Below, in pieces: positions 27,042 through 36,639 of a DNA stretch of 56,886 nucleotides. This stretch comes from an uncultured Bacteroidota bacterium. GTDB taxonomy: Bacteria > Bacteroidota > Bacteroidia > Chitinophagales > Chitinophagaceae. The notes beneath the pieces were generated by a model that was given only the letters and a program-made list of their open reading frames with translations, was not told the origin of the DNA and did no database searches. The translations under genes and the position numbers were made by a program. The stretch is taken from NCBI GenBank assembly GCA_903916555.1, contig CAIWXG010000365.1:1-56886 (forward strand). Direction: 5' to 3'. The first letter of the stretch is position 1, and each line of letters starts with the position of its first letter.

Positions 27042-28268
27042 TTATCTGAATCTAACTTTTAAGTATCTGATTGCAGCACGAAATTTTGATAACACGATTG
27101 CTTTTGTAGAAATTGCTATATTTGTTTTTTGAAATATGCGAGTGGGTATTGAATTGCAAACTTCCATATATTTATTGACACATATTTCCATACTGAAATC
27201 TTTTTCAGCAATAGTACGGGCTGCATTTTTTCTAATAACGTAAGGAATAGATGCTAACTTTTTAATATTATATACAGCATCATTTATATTGCCAACAATA
27301 TATACTTGTAAACAGTTTTCAGCTTCCGGTACATTTTCATAGTCTTCCATGCCGCTAACTCTTGTACCCACAACACCGCAACCTGCCGATAGAGCTTCCA
27401 TCATGGCAACAGGCATCCCTTCAAAGTCTGATGTAAGTACTAAAATATCTGATACAGCTAAATAATCGCTAACCTCATTTTGGGATAGCCAACCTGTAAA
27501 TGTTGCTAATTTTTCCATATTGGCAACCCGGAATTGCTCTATTAATTTATTTTTAGCTTCACCTTCGCCAATTATTGTAATATGAAATTGGAGATTATCA
27601 GCATAAAGCCTCTCGCATATTTTAAAAATATCACTAACTCTTTTTTGATACTCCGTTAATCTTCCTACATATATTAATTGTAGCGTATTATCGTCTTTTT
27701 CTTTATATACAATTTCGGGTAAGTGAATACCACAAGGAATTACTTTTACATTATTTGCTGATATAAGGTTGCTCTTTTCTAATAAATTTTTTAAAATTCT
27801 ATTAGAAACACATACGAATGCATCAGTTGACTGATAATAATTTTGTGCCAGTTTATAATAATATTCTTCATCGGCATGCAAAACACCAATTATAGGATAA
27901 GATGCATGTAAATAGGTTGCAGCCATCCACACGTATAAATCATCAGACAATATTATGGGTGTACCTAAAGGTAAGCCTGATTCTGTTACTTGTTTGTAGA
28001 TAATTGCACAATAGTAGGGTGTACCAAACTCAAAAGACCTGCCTACTTTAGTTTTAATAATTTTTATTGATGTCCCTGCTTTTTCTATTAATTGTATCAG
28101 TGTTTCCCTTCCTTGTCCTGAAAAAAAATCTTTTTTAGGTTCTAATGTTATAAAAAAAACCTCAACACCTTTATTTGATAAAAAAATAGCTGCATCTGCC
28201 ATCCAGCGGGTTACTCCGCCTCTGTGATAGGGATGACAAAGAAATGAAATTCTTTTAGGGTAATCCAT
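27042..28268 (-). CDS. Glycosyltransferase, GT4 family (GT-B fold, Glycos_transf_1)
   Basis: C-terminal half has LTSDFEGMPVAMMEALSAGCGVVGTRVSG (the E-x7-E region typical of GT4). Confidence 0.85.
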   Translation of the reverse strand: MDYPKRISFLCHPYHRGGVTRWMADAAIFLSNKGVEVFFITLEPKKDFFSGQGRETLIQLIEKAGTSIKIIKTKVGRSFEFGTPYYCAIIYKQVTESGLPLGTPIILSDDLYVWMAATYLHASYPIIGVLHADEEYYYKLAQNYYQSTDAFVCVSNRILKNLLEKSNLISANNVKVIPCGIHLPEIVYKEKDDNTLQLIYVGRLTEYQKRVSDIFKICERLYADNLQFHITIIGEGEAKNKLIEQFRVANMEKLATFTGWLSQNEVSDYLAVSDILVLTSDFEGMPVAMMEALSAGCGVVGTRVSGMEDYENVPEAENCLQVYIVGNINDAVYNIKKLASIPYVIRKNAARTIAEKDFSMEICVNKYMEVCNSIPTRIFQKTNIAISTKAIVLSKFRAAIRYLKVRFR

Positions 28269-28309
28269 TAAAATAATGATTGAAAAACAATATATATTTT
28301 TATTAGAAC

Positions 28310-29779
28310 TTATTCTTTTATTATATTTTGTTTAAGTAAATAGTTTCCATTCATATCTTGCAACAATAAAGAATAAATACCGGGTACTAAATCTTGTATA
28401 TTAACGTTACTTGTATTATCTAATTTCTCTCTTCTAACCAATTGCCCTTGCGAATTAATTAATGTTATAAAAGCACTGTTTATACTATTTTGTGTATTTA
28501 TTGTAATACTATTTTTAGCTGGATTAGGATAAATAGTAATTGTATTAAATTTATTATTTGTATTTGTATTTGAAATTGCTAAAGTACTTGTGAACAAATT
28601 GTAATAATATACAGTTGTGTAATTAGGAGTAGAAGGGAAATATGTGAAATTATAGTCATATTCATACATAGTATCGGGATTAAAATAACTGTCATAAACA
28701 AATTTTTCCATTGTTTGCGGTACCCAAGAATTAAGTAAACTATCAAATCCTTTTATGTTTACGGTATCCGGCAAACCGGCACCGTTTAAAACTTTGGTCA
28801 TGTTAAATATAGGAGCCCAATAATGATTAATATTATCATATTGGTAATCACGCCAAGAAGTATTAAAATTATGTCCTATTGAAACACCTGTATATGCAAA
28901 TGTATCTTTAGCAGATTGGGCTAAAGTAGTACCGTCATAAATATTTGTAAGTACTGTTAATAATCTATTGCTACCATCATAAGTGTTTATATACTGTAAT
29001 TGTTCTTGTAATACAGATAAGAAAGTAGTATCGGTAGTATTGCCATAGCAATCTATTTGAATTAAGTTATTACTGCCATCGTAGATGTAAAAAGATTTTG
29101 CAGCCAAATGCCAGCTACCTAAGTGATATTCATAAATACTGTCTTTAATTAATTTATTGGCTGTATTATACGAAAAATATTGTTTAAATGCACTATCAGC
29201 TATACCCGAAACCCATGCATTTGTTTCTCCTTTAGTAATATTATTATATATGTCGAAGGTATTATAATCAGTAGTATTTCTATTTGTTATAGAGTCTACA
29301 AAAACATCGTGAAAAGAAATTAGATTATTGCTAATATCATAACCACCATAAGCAGATTCATAATAACCATATACAAGGGTATTAGGGTTGATAGTCCAGT
29401 GTGCATAAGTATCAAATAATACCTTTGGTTGTGTAAACAAACCTGAAAAATTAAATAAAGGAGTAGCATTATAAGGATAATTATAGGCATAAAGCATATA
29501 ATTAAAATCGAAAGTAGAACCGCGCGAAGCACTATAGCTTAAATATACTGAATCGCTTAGTGTATGCAGCGTATTATCGGTAGTACTTTGTGCCACAATT
29601 CTTTCTAACGCAATACCTAATGTCGTTCTTTGTTCTTGTTTTATGCTATTGCTATTTTGCATTATATAAGATAAAATATGTAAACGATTTTTAGCCGATG
29701 CAAATTTTAATGTTTGTGTTTGCGCAAAAGCACTATTGAGAATAAAAATAGTAAGGATGAAAGAATATATTTGCTTCAT
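28310..29779 (-). CDS. T9SS-secreted protein of unknown function
   Basis: Signal peptide (FILNSAFAQ), N/Y/T-rich body, C-terminal ITIYPNPAKNSITIN...GIYSLLLQD sorting domain. Confidence 0.75.
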   Translation of the reverse strand: MKQIYSFILTIFILNSAFAQTQTLKFASAKNRLHILSYIMQNSNSIKQEQRTTLGIALERIVAQSTTDNTLHTLSDSVYLSYSASRGSTFDFNYMLYAYNYPYNATPLFNFSGLFTQPKVLFDTYAHWTINPNTLVYGYYESAYGGYDISNNLISFHDVFVDSITNRNTTDYNTFDIYNNITKGETNAWVSGIADSAFKQYFSYNTANKLIKDSIYEYHLGSWHLAAKSFYIYDGSNNLIQIDCYGNTTDTTFLSVLQEQLQYINTYDGSNRLLTVLTNIYDGTTLAQSAKDTFAYTGVSIGHNFNTSWRDYQYDNINHYWAPIFNMTKVLNGAGLPDTVNIKGFDSLLNSWVPQTMEKFVYDSYFNPDTMYEYDYNFTYFPSTPNYTTVYYYNLFTSTLAISNTNTNNKFNTITIYPNPAKNSITINTQNSINSAFITLINSQGQLVRREKLDNTSNVNIQDLVPGIYSLLLQDMNGNYLLKQNIIKE

Positions 29780-29937
29780 TATATAGTTTTAAAGAATTCA
29801 GCGTATAAATTGCGAAAGTTAGGTATATTTTTAAATAAATAATAATAATTCTATTAATAAATATATTTTGAAACCATTCTTGATAAATGAAAAATAGTAA
29901 CTATATTGTGCTGAAAAATTTAATAAAATAGTTTATT

Positions 29938-31035
29938 ATGAAGAATACTACCTTTAAAAATAGGATAAAAATTACTGCGGTGTTAGCCTTACTAGCCTTC
30001 GCCGGAGGTTTGGTATTTATAAATGCGTGTAATAAAAAGAAAGAATGTTGTAAACCAAAAGAAAAAACAACGGAAATTGCAAATGCACCAACTCCAACAC
30101 CAATAGCACAAAATATGCCTATGACAGACATTGTAACTATTGCTGCTATTCGGAAATCTACTGATGGTACACCATCAGTAGTATTATTAAATAAGCATGA
30201 AAGAGTATATAATGTTGCCGATATTACCTTACTTAATTTTCTGGATATTGCTCAAAAAGCAAATACGCCCATTAAAATTACCTACGACCCATGGCAAGGT
30301 ATTATTACTAAAGCCGAGAATGTAACAAGCGAAGACCAAAAAAGATATGCACAAAAACATGTAATGAATAATGCAGCATCTGCAATATTTTCTACAGAAC
30401 AAATAAATGCTAACCCGGCTATAACAGAAAATTTGGAAGCTATGGGCATTATAAATACTACAACACCAGGTCTTACTAATATGATACCCGATATGGCAAC
30501 AGCTCAACTTATGTTTAATTTTTTAACTAAACAATGTTGTGCTTTATCTGGTCCTTATGCCATTGATTATTGCATTTCGTTTCAATATTGCGAAGACGGT
30601 TGCTATGCAAGGGCACATAAAATGTGTTATGTTATAAATAACAAATACCATTATGCAACACAGAAGATTTTTAGTTTTGCCAATTCAGGGTCAGATGAGC
30701 TTTGTGTAAAAGGTGAAAAATGGGGTGGTTGTTGCATTAATTGGTGGTATCACGTAGCACCTTTAGTAACCATAAAAACACCAACAGGCCCTAAAGCGTT
30801 TGTTTTTGACCCTGCAATGTTCGACCAACCTGTTTTATTAACTACTTGGTTACATGCACAACAAAATCCTGCATGTGCCGGTGGTCATACTCCGCATGTA
30901 AGTATGATAAATGTACAACCAACTACTTCTTACAGCCCTGCAAGCTATTCAGGAACAACATTTGATACGGACCCATTTTATGCAGATACAGATACTACTA
31001 TGGTACATTATAGTACTTTGCTTTCTTGTCCTTAG
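29938..31035 (+). CDS. Protein-glutamine glutaminase (protein-glutaminase family) homologue, predicted lipoprotein with a long pro/N-terminal region
   Basis: Lipobox FINAC. The C-terminal domain contains EDGCYARAHKM, WWYHVAPLV and VFDPAMF, matching the Cys/His/Asp triad blocks (DGCYARAHKM, YHVAILV, IDPSLF) of the Chryseobacterium proteolyticum enzyme as I remember it. Confidence 0.85.
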   Translation: MKNTTFKNRIKITAVLALLAFAGGLVFINACNKKKECCKPKEKTTEIANAPTPTPIAQNMPMTDIVTIAAIRKSTDGTPSVVLLNKHERVYNVADITLLNFLDIAQKANTPIKITYDPWQGIITKAENVTSEDQKRYAQKHVMNNAASAIFSTEQINANPAITENLEAMGIINTTTPGLTNMIPDMATAQLMFNFLTKQCCALSGPYAIDYCISFQYCEDGCYARAHKMCYVINNKYHYATQKIFSFANSGSDELCVKGEKWGGCCINWWYHVAPLVTIKTPTGPKAFVFDPAMFDQPVLLTTWLHAQQNPACAGGHTPHVSMINVQPTTSYSPASYSGTTFDTDPFYADTDTTMVHYSTLLSCP

Positions 31036-31061
31036 TATTGCTTTGTTTTAGTTTATATATG

Positions 31062-31097
31062 AAAGCTATTTACAGTTTATGTAGATAGCTTTTTTAT
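31062..31097 (+). terminator. Rho-independent terminator of the protein-glutaminase gene
   Basis: AAAGCTATTTACA / loop / TGTAGATAGCTTT (one mismatch), followed by TTTATTT. Confidence 0.6.
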
Positions 31098-31557
31098 TTA
31101 AAAATGTATGGTAATAAAATAAGCTGTAACTATTCAGCCTATAAGTTGTAGTTTTTTGCACGAAACGGTAAGGTTTACTAACGAACTTGAATTGAAAGGT
31201 AAACTCATAATATAGAATATACCAAGGTAATAAAGTTTATTCAGCAAAACGATGAATATACTGAATCGCATTAGCAATAATAGGTAGTGTAATTGCTCAT
31301 GGACAGTTTGTGGTAAAAAAATAATGATGTAATCTCATTTTCCCTGTTCTCATTTCCCAAAGGAACAAGTCGGCTATAAACAAGGCTATACTACTTACAG
31401 ATAGATGGAATAAATCGTAGGTAAGTAGAAATAATTAGAATATATAATTACGGAAAAAATCGATAAACTTTAATGATAAAAAATTTTATATTGTGTCAAT
31501 CTGACGCAGGTCTGTAGTATAATCGTGGTAATAGCAGGCTTTCACTATATTGTAATT

Positions 31558-31830
31558 TTAAAAAAGATCGCTATGTGAGCCTGTTCTTGTTAATGTAATT
31601 GTTTGTTTTTCATCATCAGTTGCCCATACCAATAACCAATCGTTTTGAATATGTCATTCAAAAAAGCCGGAATAATTGCCACTTAATTTATGAGGTTTAT
31701 ATTTTAGCGGTAAATTTCCGTTTTCCTCCAAAAAGTCGAATACCAAATTGAGCAAATCCAAATTTAAACCACGCTTTTTGCACAATTTATAATCTCTCTC
31801 GAATTGCTTTGTTGTATTTAAGTGATACAC
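31558..31830 (-). pseudogene. yafQ: YafQ/RelE-family mRNA-interferase toxin gene interrupted by one in-frame TGA
   Basis: My own translation from GTG (31830): VYHLNTTKQFERDYKLCKKRGLNLDLLNLVFDFLEENGNLPLKYKPHKLSGNYSGFFE, TGA at 31654-31656, then HIQNDWLLVWATDDEKQTITLTRTGSHSDLF and a stop. It is absent from the ORF track because each piece is under 60 aa. Confidence 0.75.
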
Positions 31831-31835
31831 ATATA

Positions 31836-32027
31836 CTATTTATTCAAAAATGAGATTAGTTCTTTAGCGTTTTTATGTTTAGTTGTTTTGCCTTTTTTTG
31901 CTGAATCCATTGCTTTTAAAGTAGTCGAATTTAATTCGGTTTCAATTTTAGCAAACGACAAAGTTTTTACATACTCTAAAAAACTTTCTGCTTGCTTATT
32001 ACTTGTATCTATTACTATATAAGTCAT
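31836..32027 (-). CDS. Small antitoxin-like protein upstream of the yafQ pseudogene
   Basis: MTYIVIDTSNKQAESFLEYVKTLSFAKIETELNSTTLKAMDSAKKGKTTKHKNAKELISFLNK (63 aa from the internal ATG at 32027). Its stop is 5 nt before the toxin GTG. The C-terminal ...KAM..A..GK..K.KN..EL motif resembles RelB/DinJ-associated antitoxins. Confidence 0.6.
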   Translation of the reverse strand: MTYIVIDTSNKQAESFLEYVKTLSFAKIETELNSTTLKAMDSAKKGKTTKHKNAKELISFLNK

Positions 32028-32285
32028 AAAACCAAAATTAATAACAAAGCTAAGATATTTAAGATAAATAAGTTCTATACGTTTAATTAATTTTTTAATT
32101 CTTAGAAGCCACGCCAGTAGATATACCATTGAGAGGAGTTTGGTACATTAGGTTTATTAAATAATAAATGATTTACATGTATTGTTCAAAGAATTTAATG
32201 TCAACTTCATAAACAGTTTTTGGTCTAACTTGAAAATGCAATGCTCTCATTCCTCATATTCTGAATTGCATCACATCCACCCTTT

Positions 32286-33989
32286 CTACTCCTGCAACCT
32301 ATCCCCAACACTCCAATCTACTTTTTTCCAACTATCGCCTACCTGGTAGAGCAGTACATAATTGTTTGCGGGCTTTTTTAAGGTAAGTTCATAGAAATGC
32401 CCTACATCTTTTACGTTTAATTTGTAATCGGTGTTCTCGTAGCTAATACCGCCTTGTGTGGCAAACCACCACCAAGTACCCCACTGGTTTAGTGTTACCC
32501 TTATGGTGCTGTCGTTCATTACTATTACATTGGCGCCATCGGTGGGGCTTGTCATGTTATAAGCCATGCAATCGTATAAGGGAGTACTTATTTTGTTATC
32601 AGGGAATAGCAAATTATGTATTAATTTAAATTCGCTTTCTTTTTCTGCCCCCAGCATGGGTACGCCATTCAAGCATTCGGGTATGTTTAATAACAAAATC
32701 TTTTTTGTTTTCTCTTCAGGCAGTGTGGTGTGCAATCCTGCAATCACCCTTTCTGCTTTACCCCAATACCTGCTTACTTGTATTGCAAAACGCAGATTTA
32801 CAATTGCAAATAAAGATATAAGTACTGTTTTTATAAGTTTTACACTTATTAAACTGAAAAGTATAGCTACAAAAACATAAAAAAACGGTTCTGTAAAGTA
32901 TAAATATCTATCGCAATAAACAAGTAAAATAGTACTAAACCATAAGGGTATTAAAATAAAAGTGGTAATTAGCATTAATGAAAACAGAAGGCTTAAAATT
33001 TGACATTTGGCATTCATTTTATTAAAATAGATTACAACTAAAGTCATTATAGTAGCAAGGAAGGTGTAGAAAGCTATCATACCCAAATTACTATCGCAAA
33101 ATGCATAAACATTGTTTTTGTATTCGGTTGGGAAGAATCTGCCAACAAAAAGTAAATGAAATAGATATTTTGCAGGTTTACCTAAGCCGGTAAAGGGTGC
33201 AGTTACAACTGCATTTGAGCCTATATGTGCTACCCAGCCACCATACACCCATTTTATGGCTACAATATGTACTGCAAACAGCAGCAATTGAGGCAAAAAG
33301 AACAACAAAAGTATGTTTTTAGCATTTTGCCGCTCTGCACTTTTATTAAAACGTAAGTAAAAATAGATTACTAAAACTAACCAAGGTGTTATATAAAAAA
33401 TTTCTAAACTAAATGTGGAAAGAAAATAGACAATAAATGCCCATATAGCATATTTTTTATTGCCATTGTGCCCATATTTAAACAACCAATTTAATATAAG
33501 TAATATAAAAAATAAACCCTGCAAAAAATGAAACGAAGGTTCCCATATCACAACCTCCGACAGATAAGGGGAAACATTAAATAAAAGTATGGCTATAAAT
33601 GCAATCGCATTGGCTTCTTTTATACCTGTATAATAGAATAGATGCTTACATAACTTAAATAGCAGTACTGTATTTATACTATGTATCATTAGAAACAAAA
33701 CATGCCAGTACCATGTATTTACACCCAATAGTTTATAAAACAGATAAGTATTAAATTGTGTTACCTGATAGAAGCTTTGCCCATGGTAATAGGTGCGATT
33801 AATAATATCTAAAAACGAATGTGTTTTTTCATCCTCAAGCCAACCGGTAAAATCTGTTACAAAACCTGCTTTTGCCGCCGGCAGATACAAAATAAATAAG
33901 GTACAGAACGAAAAAATGAAAATACCAAAGTCTGTAAATAGACTATTTATTAATTTAGGAAGTAATGTGTTGAGCCTATTTTCTTTCAA
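32286..33989 (-). CDS. Polytopic membrane protein, GT-C-like (ArnT/PMT/DUF2723-type) glycosyltransferase candidate with a C-terminal soluble domain
   Basis: About 11-13 hydrophobic helices over aa 15-400, an acidic loop after TM1 (FVTDFTGWLEDE), and a roughly 150-aa non-membrane tail. The assignment rests on architecture only. Confidence 0.5.
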   Translation of the reverse strand: MKENRLNTLLPKLINSLFTDFGIFIFSFCTLFILYLPAAKAGFVTDFTGWLEDEKTHSFLDIINRTYYHGQSFYQVTQFNTYLFYKLLGVNTWYWHVLFLMIHSINTVLLFKLCKHLFYYTGIKEANAIAFIAILLFNVSPYLSEVVIWEPSFHFLQGLFFILLILNWLFKYGHNGNKKYAIWAFIVYFLSTFSLEIFYITPWLVLVIYFYLRFNKSAERQNAKNILLLFFLPQLLLFAVHIVAIKWVYGGWVAHIGSNAVVTAPFTGLGKPAKYLFHLLFVGRFFPTEYKNNVYAFCDSNLGMIAFYTFLATIMTLVVIYFNKMNAKCQILSLLFSLMLITTFILIPLWFSTILLVYCDRYLYFTEPFFYVFVAILFSLISVKLIKTVLISLFAIVNLRFAIQVSRYWGKAERVIAGLHTTLPEEKTKKILLLNIPECLNGVPMLGAEKESEFKLIHNLLFPDNKISTPLYDCMAYNMTSPTDGANVIVMNDSTIRVTLNQWGTWWWFATQGGISYENTDYKLNVKDVGHFYELTLKKPANNYVLLYQVGDSWKKVDWSVGDRLQE

Positions 33990-34096
33990 AACCTATTAAT
34001 AAGCAACAAATATACTCTATATAGCAACATTATAATACAAACCTAATTATGTAATAAACAATGGTTGTATCTTGCAGCCTCAATTATAATCGTTCT

Positions 34097-34387
34097 ATGA
34101 GAAAAAATATTCCCGTTTTGGGCTTTATAATAGGGATGGTATTACCCTTTGCCGGTTTGTTTATTATGTATTTGCTTTGGTTTAAACATGCACCTTTCAA
34201 TGTGTTTTTATATAACTTAACACACGACCACGATACCGCATCTAAAGTTTTTACATTAGGTTTACTGGTTAATATTATTCCTTTTATCTACTATACCGGC
34301 AAGCGGCTCGACCTAACAGCGAGGGGTATCTTTATAGCTACTGTTTTATATGCTTTGGTTATTGTAACTATAAAATACATTTTGTAA
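34097..34387 (+). CDS. Small three-TM membrane protein, unknown function
   Basis: MRKNIPVLGFIIGMVLPFAGLFIMYLLWF... The longer ORF from 34061 adds 12 non-hydrophobic residues, so the start is uncertain. Confidence 0.4.
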   Translation: MRKNIPVLGFIIGMVLPFAGLFIMYLLWFKHAPFNVFLYNLTHDHDTASKVFTLGLLVNIIPFIYYTGKRLDLTARGIFIATVLYALVIVTIKYIL

Positions 34388-34401
34388 ATAGTACTTTTAA
34401 A

Positions 34402-35502
34402 ATGAACTATTATATAATAGCAGGCGAAGCCAGTGGCGATTTACACGGGGCTAATCTTATTAAAGCTTTACATAAGCAAGATGCAAAGGCAACTATTAGA
34501 TGCTGGGGTGGCGATAAAATGGAAGCTGCCGGTGCAAGCTTAGTACGCCATTATCGCAATCTTGCTTTTATGGGCTTTGTAGAGGTAATTAAACATTTAG
34601 GAACCATATTAAAAAATATAGAATTTTGCAAAAGCGATATTTTGGAGTTTAAGCCCGATGTACTTGTACTAATAGATTATCCGGGCTTTAATATGCGTAT
34701 TGCGGAATGGGCTAAAAAAAATGGAATACGAGTTGTTTACTATATATCGCCACAGGTATGGGCTTGGAAGGAAAACAGAGTACATAAACTGAAAAGAGAT
34801 GTAGATAAAATGCTTGTTATACTACCCTTTGAAAAATCTTTTTACAGTAAATGGAATTACAATGTTACCTACGTTGGGCATCCTTTAGTGGAAGTGATAC
34901 GTAATGAAAAAGAAAATATACCGATACATAAAATTAGTGATAAGCCAATAATAGCTATTTTGCCGGGTAGTCGTGAACAAGAAATTAAATTAAAATTACC
35001 AATAATGCTTAAAATGGTTCAATATTTTCCACAATATTGTTTCGTTGTAGCACAAGCACCATCGCAACCCGATAGCTTATATAATGAAATTATTGGTAAT
35101 TTGCCTGTTGTATTAATTAAAAACGATACCTATAATTTATTAAAGCAAGCTGAAGCAGCCTTAGTAACAAGTGGTACTGCTACTTTAGAAACCGCCCTAT
35201 TTGCTGTGCCACAGGTAGTATGTTATAAAGGCAACCCAATATCTTTTTGGCTGGCTAAGAAATTAGTGAAGGTAAAATATATATCGCTCGTTAATTTAAT
35301 AATGGACAAATTAGTAGTAACAGAGTTAATACAAAACGATCTAAATGAAACCAATTTAAAAACCGCCCTTAATCGCATGCTTAACGATGCCGACTATAAA
35401 AAAGCACTTAAGCAAGATTACGAAGCCCTTTGGCACAGCTTAGGCAATAAACAAGCATCTTTAATTGCAGCCACAGAAATTATAGATATAATGCATGGGT
35501 AA
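34402..35502 (+). CDS. lpxB: Lipid-A-disaccharide synthase
   Basis: MNYYIIAGEASGDLHGANLIKAL, IDYPGFNMR, YYISPQVWAWK, VTSGTATLETAL. Confidence 0.95.
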   Translation: MNYYIIAGEASGDLHGANLIKALHKQDAKATIRCWGGDKMEAAGASLVRHYRNLAFMGFVEVIKHLGTILKNIEFCKSDILEFKPDVLVLIDYPGFNMRIAEWAKKNGIRVVYYISPQVWAWKENRVHKLKRDVDKMLVILPFEKSFYSKWNYNVTYVGHPLVEVIRNEKENIPIHKISDKPIIAILPGSREQEIKLKLPIMLKMVQYFPQYCFVVAQAPSQPDSLYNEIIGNLPVVLIKNDTYNLLKQAEAALVTSGTATLETALFAVPQVVCYKGNPISFWLAKKLVKVKYISLVNLIMDKLVVTELIQNDLNETNLKTALNRMLNDADYKKALKQDYEALWHSLGNKQASLIAATEIIDIMHG

Positions 35503-35535
35503 GAGGTGGAATTAAGTTTTGTTTATTTGTTAAAA

Positions 35536-36609
35536 TTACTTACCCGTTGTCATTAAGTAAATCAATTGCATATCAAAATGAATGTCTTTACTTGCTTTTG
35601 AGTTGGGCTTTTTTACTTCTACAATTTCGGACATCAGATTAGCACAGCTACCCATAGAATGAAATTCAGTAGGTTCATATCCCAAATAAGTAAGAAAACT
35701 ATACTCTTCCTTAGCCCAAAGTGTAATATAAGGTCTTTTGCAAGTGCCATCAGCACCATACATCATGCCATTAAAATATTGATGTACTCTGTTTAAAAAT
35801 TTATTAGCCATTGCATCGTCCTTTTTTAGTCTGTAGAAATACATCATTTCTTTATTAAGACTGGGATTTAATGGATTTGTATTAATAATTAAATTACCCT
35901 TACTTATTGCCGTATCTAAATCTGATTGCATTCTTAATTCAGAAATAGCATTATAATCAAACGAATTATATGTTTTCTGTCTGGAGTACCCTACAATTAA
36001 CATATACATTTCGGCAGGAGTTAAACTATTATCATCTTTTAAGAACCTGCTTAATAATTTTTTATAGCTATTATAATTATTTGAATCCGCAAGAATAAAA
36101 AATAATGAATCAAATTTTGTTATAGTTGCAAAGTTTACTGTTGTATCTATAATAGTACTATTAGATATACCAATATCTCTAAGTTTATTTTCTCTATTAC
36201 GATTATCAAAAATTATTTTTAAATTATCTTGATATTTAACTATTTCTGCATCTGTAGGAAGATACTTTTTTGCTTTTATAAAAACCTCATTGGCATCATC
36301 GTATTCACGCAATTTATCATACAAATATTTACCATAATCTTTTTGCAACAATCCATTTGTTGAATCAATTTTAATAGCTTTTATATAAAAATCTTTTGCT
36401 GTAATACATTCTGATTTTATTTCAGCTAAATTAATTGCATGATGCCAATAGGGTAGGGAACTACCAGCATTTTTTCTTAATTCCTTTTGATAATGTTGCT
36501 CTTCTTTTTCTATTCTTTTTTTATTTTCTTTTTCGGCTTTTTCATCTTTAGCAAATGTAGCTGTTGAAAATAAAGTAAGTGAGAAAAGAATAATTAAGTA
36601 ATTTTTCAT
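35536..36609 (-). CDS. Secreted hypothetical protein (helical-repeat N-terminal half, DUF4919-like C-terminal half), 30 nt downstream of ccsBA
   Basis: Signal peptide (LFSTATFAKDE). The C-terminal GADGTCKRPYITLWAKEEYSFLTYLGY pattern is what I loosely associate with DUF4919 (weak recall). Confidence 0.55.
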   Translation of the reverse strand: MKNYLIILFSLTLFSTATFAKDEKAEKENKKRIEKEEQHYQKELRKNAGSSLPYWHHAINLAEIKSECITAKDFYIKAIKIDSTNGLLQKDYGKYLYDKLREYDDANEVFIKAKKYLPTDAEIVKYQDNLKIIFDNRNRENKLRDIGISNSTIIDTTVNFATITKFDSLFFILADSNNYNSYKKLLSRFLKDDNSLTPAEMYMLIVGYSRQKTYNSFDYNAISELRMQSDLDTAISKGNLIINTNPLNPSLNKEMMYFYRLKKDDAMANKFLNRVHQYFNGMMYGADGTCKRPYITLWAKEEYSFLTYLGYEPTEFHSMGSCANLMSEIVEVKKPNSKASKDIHFDMQLIYLMTTGK

Positions 36610-36639
36610 AACACAATAAATTAAAATGAAATAATATAA

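Noticed and set aside
29901-30131. 76-aa minus-strand ORF overlapping the start of the protein-glutaminase gene
   Set aside because: It is antisense to a well-supported lipoprotein signal/pro-region. Its hydrophobic translation mirrors the signal peptide coding sequence.
31654-31656. In-frame TGA in the YafQ gene read as selenocysteine (it replaces a Cys codon)
   Set aside because: TGA clearly acts as a stop elsewhere in the window (for example the cheB stop and the DUF433 stop). I see no convincing hairpin immediately downstream. The position is Ala in E. coli YafQ, so a redox-active residue is not expected. A nonsense mutation is the simpler reading.
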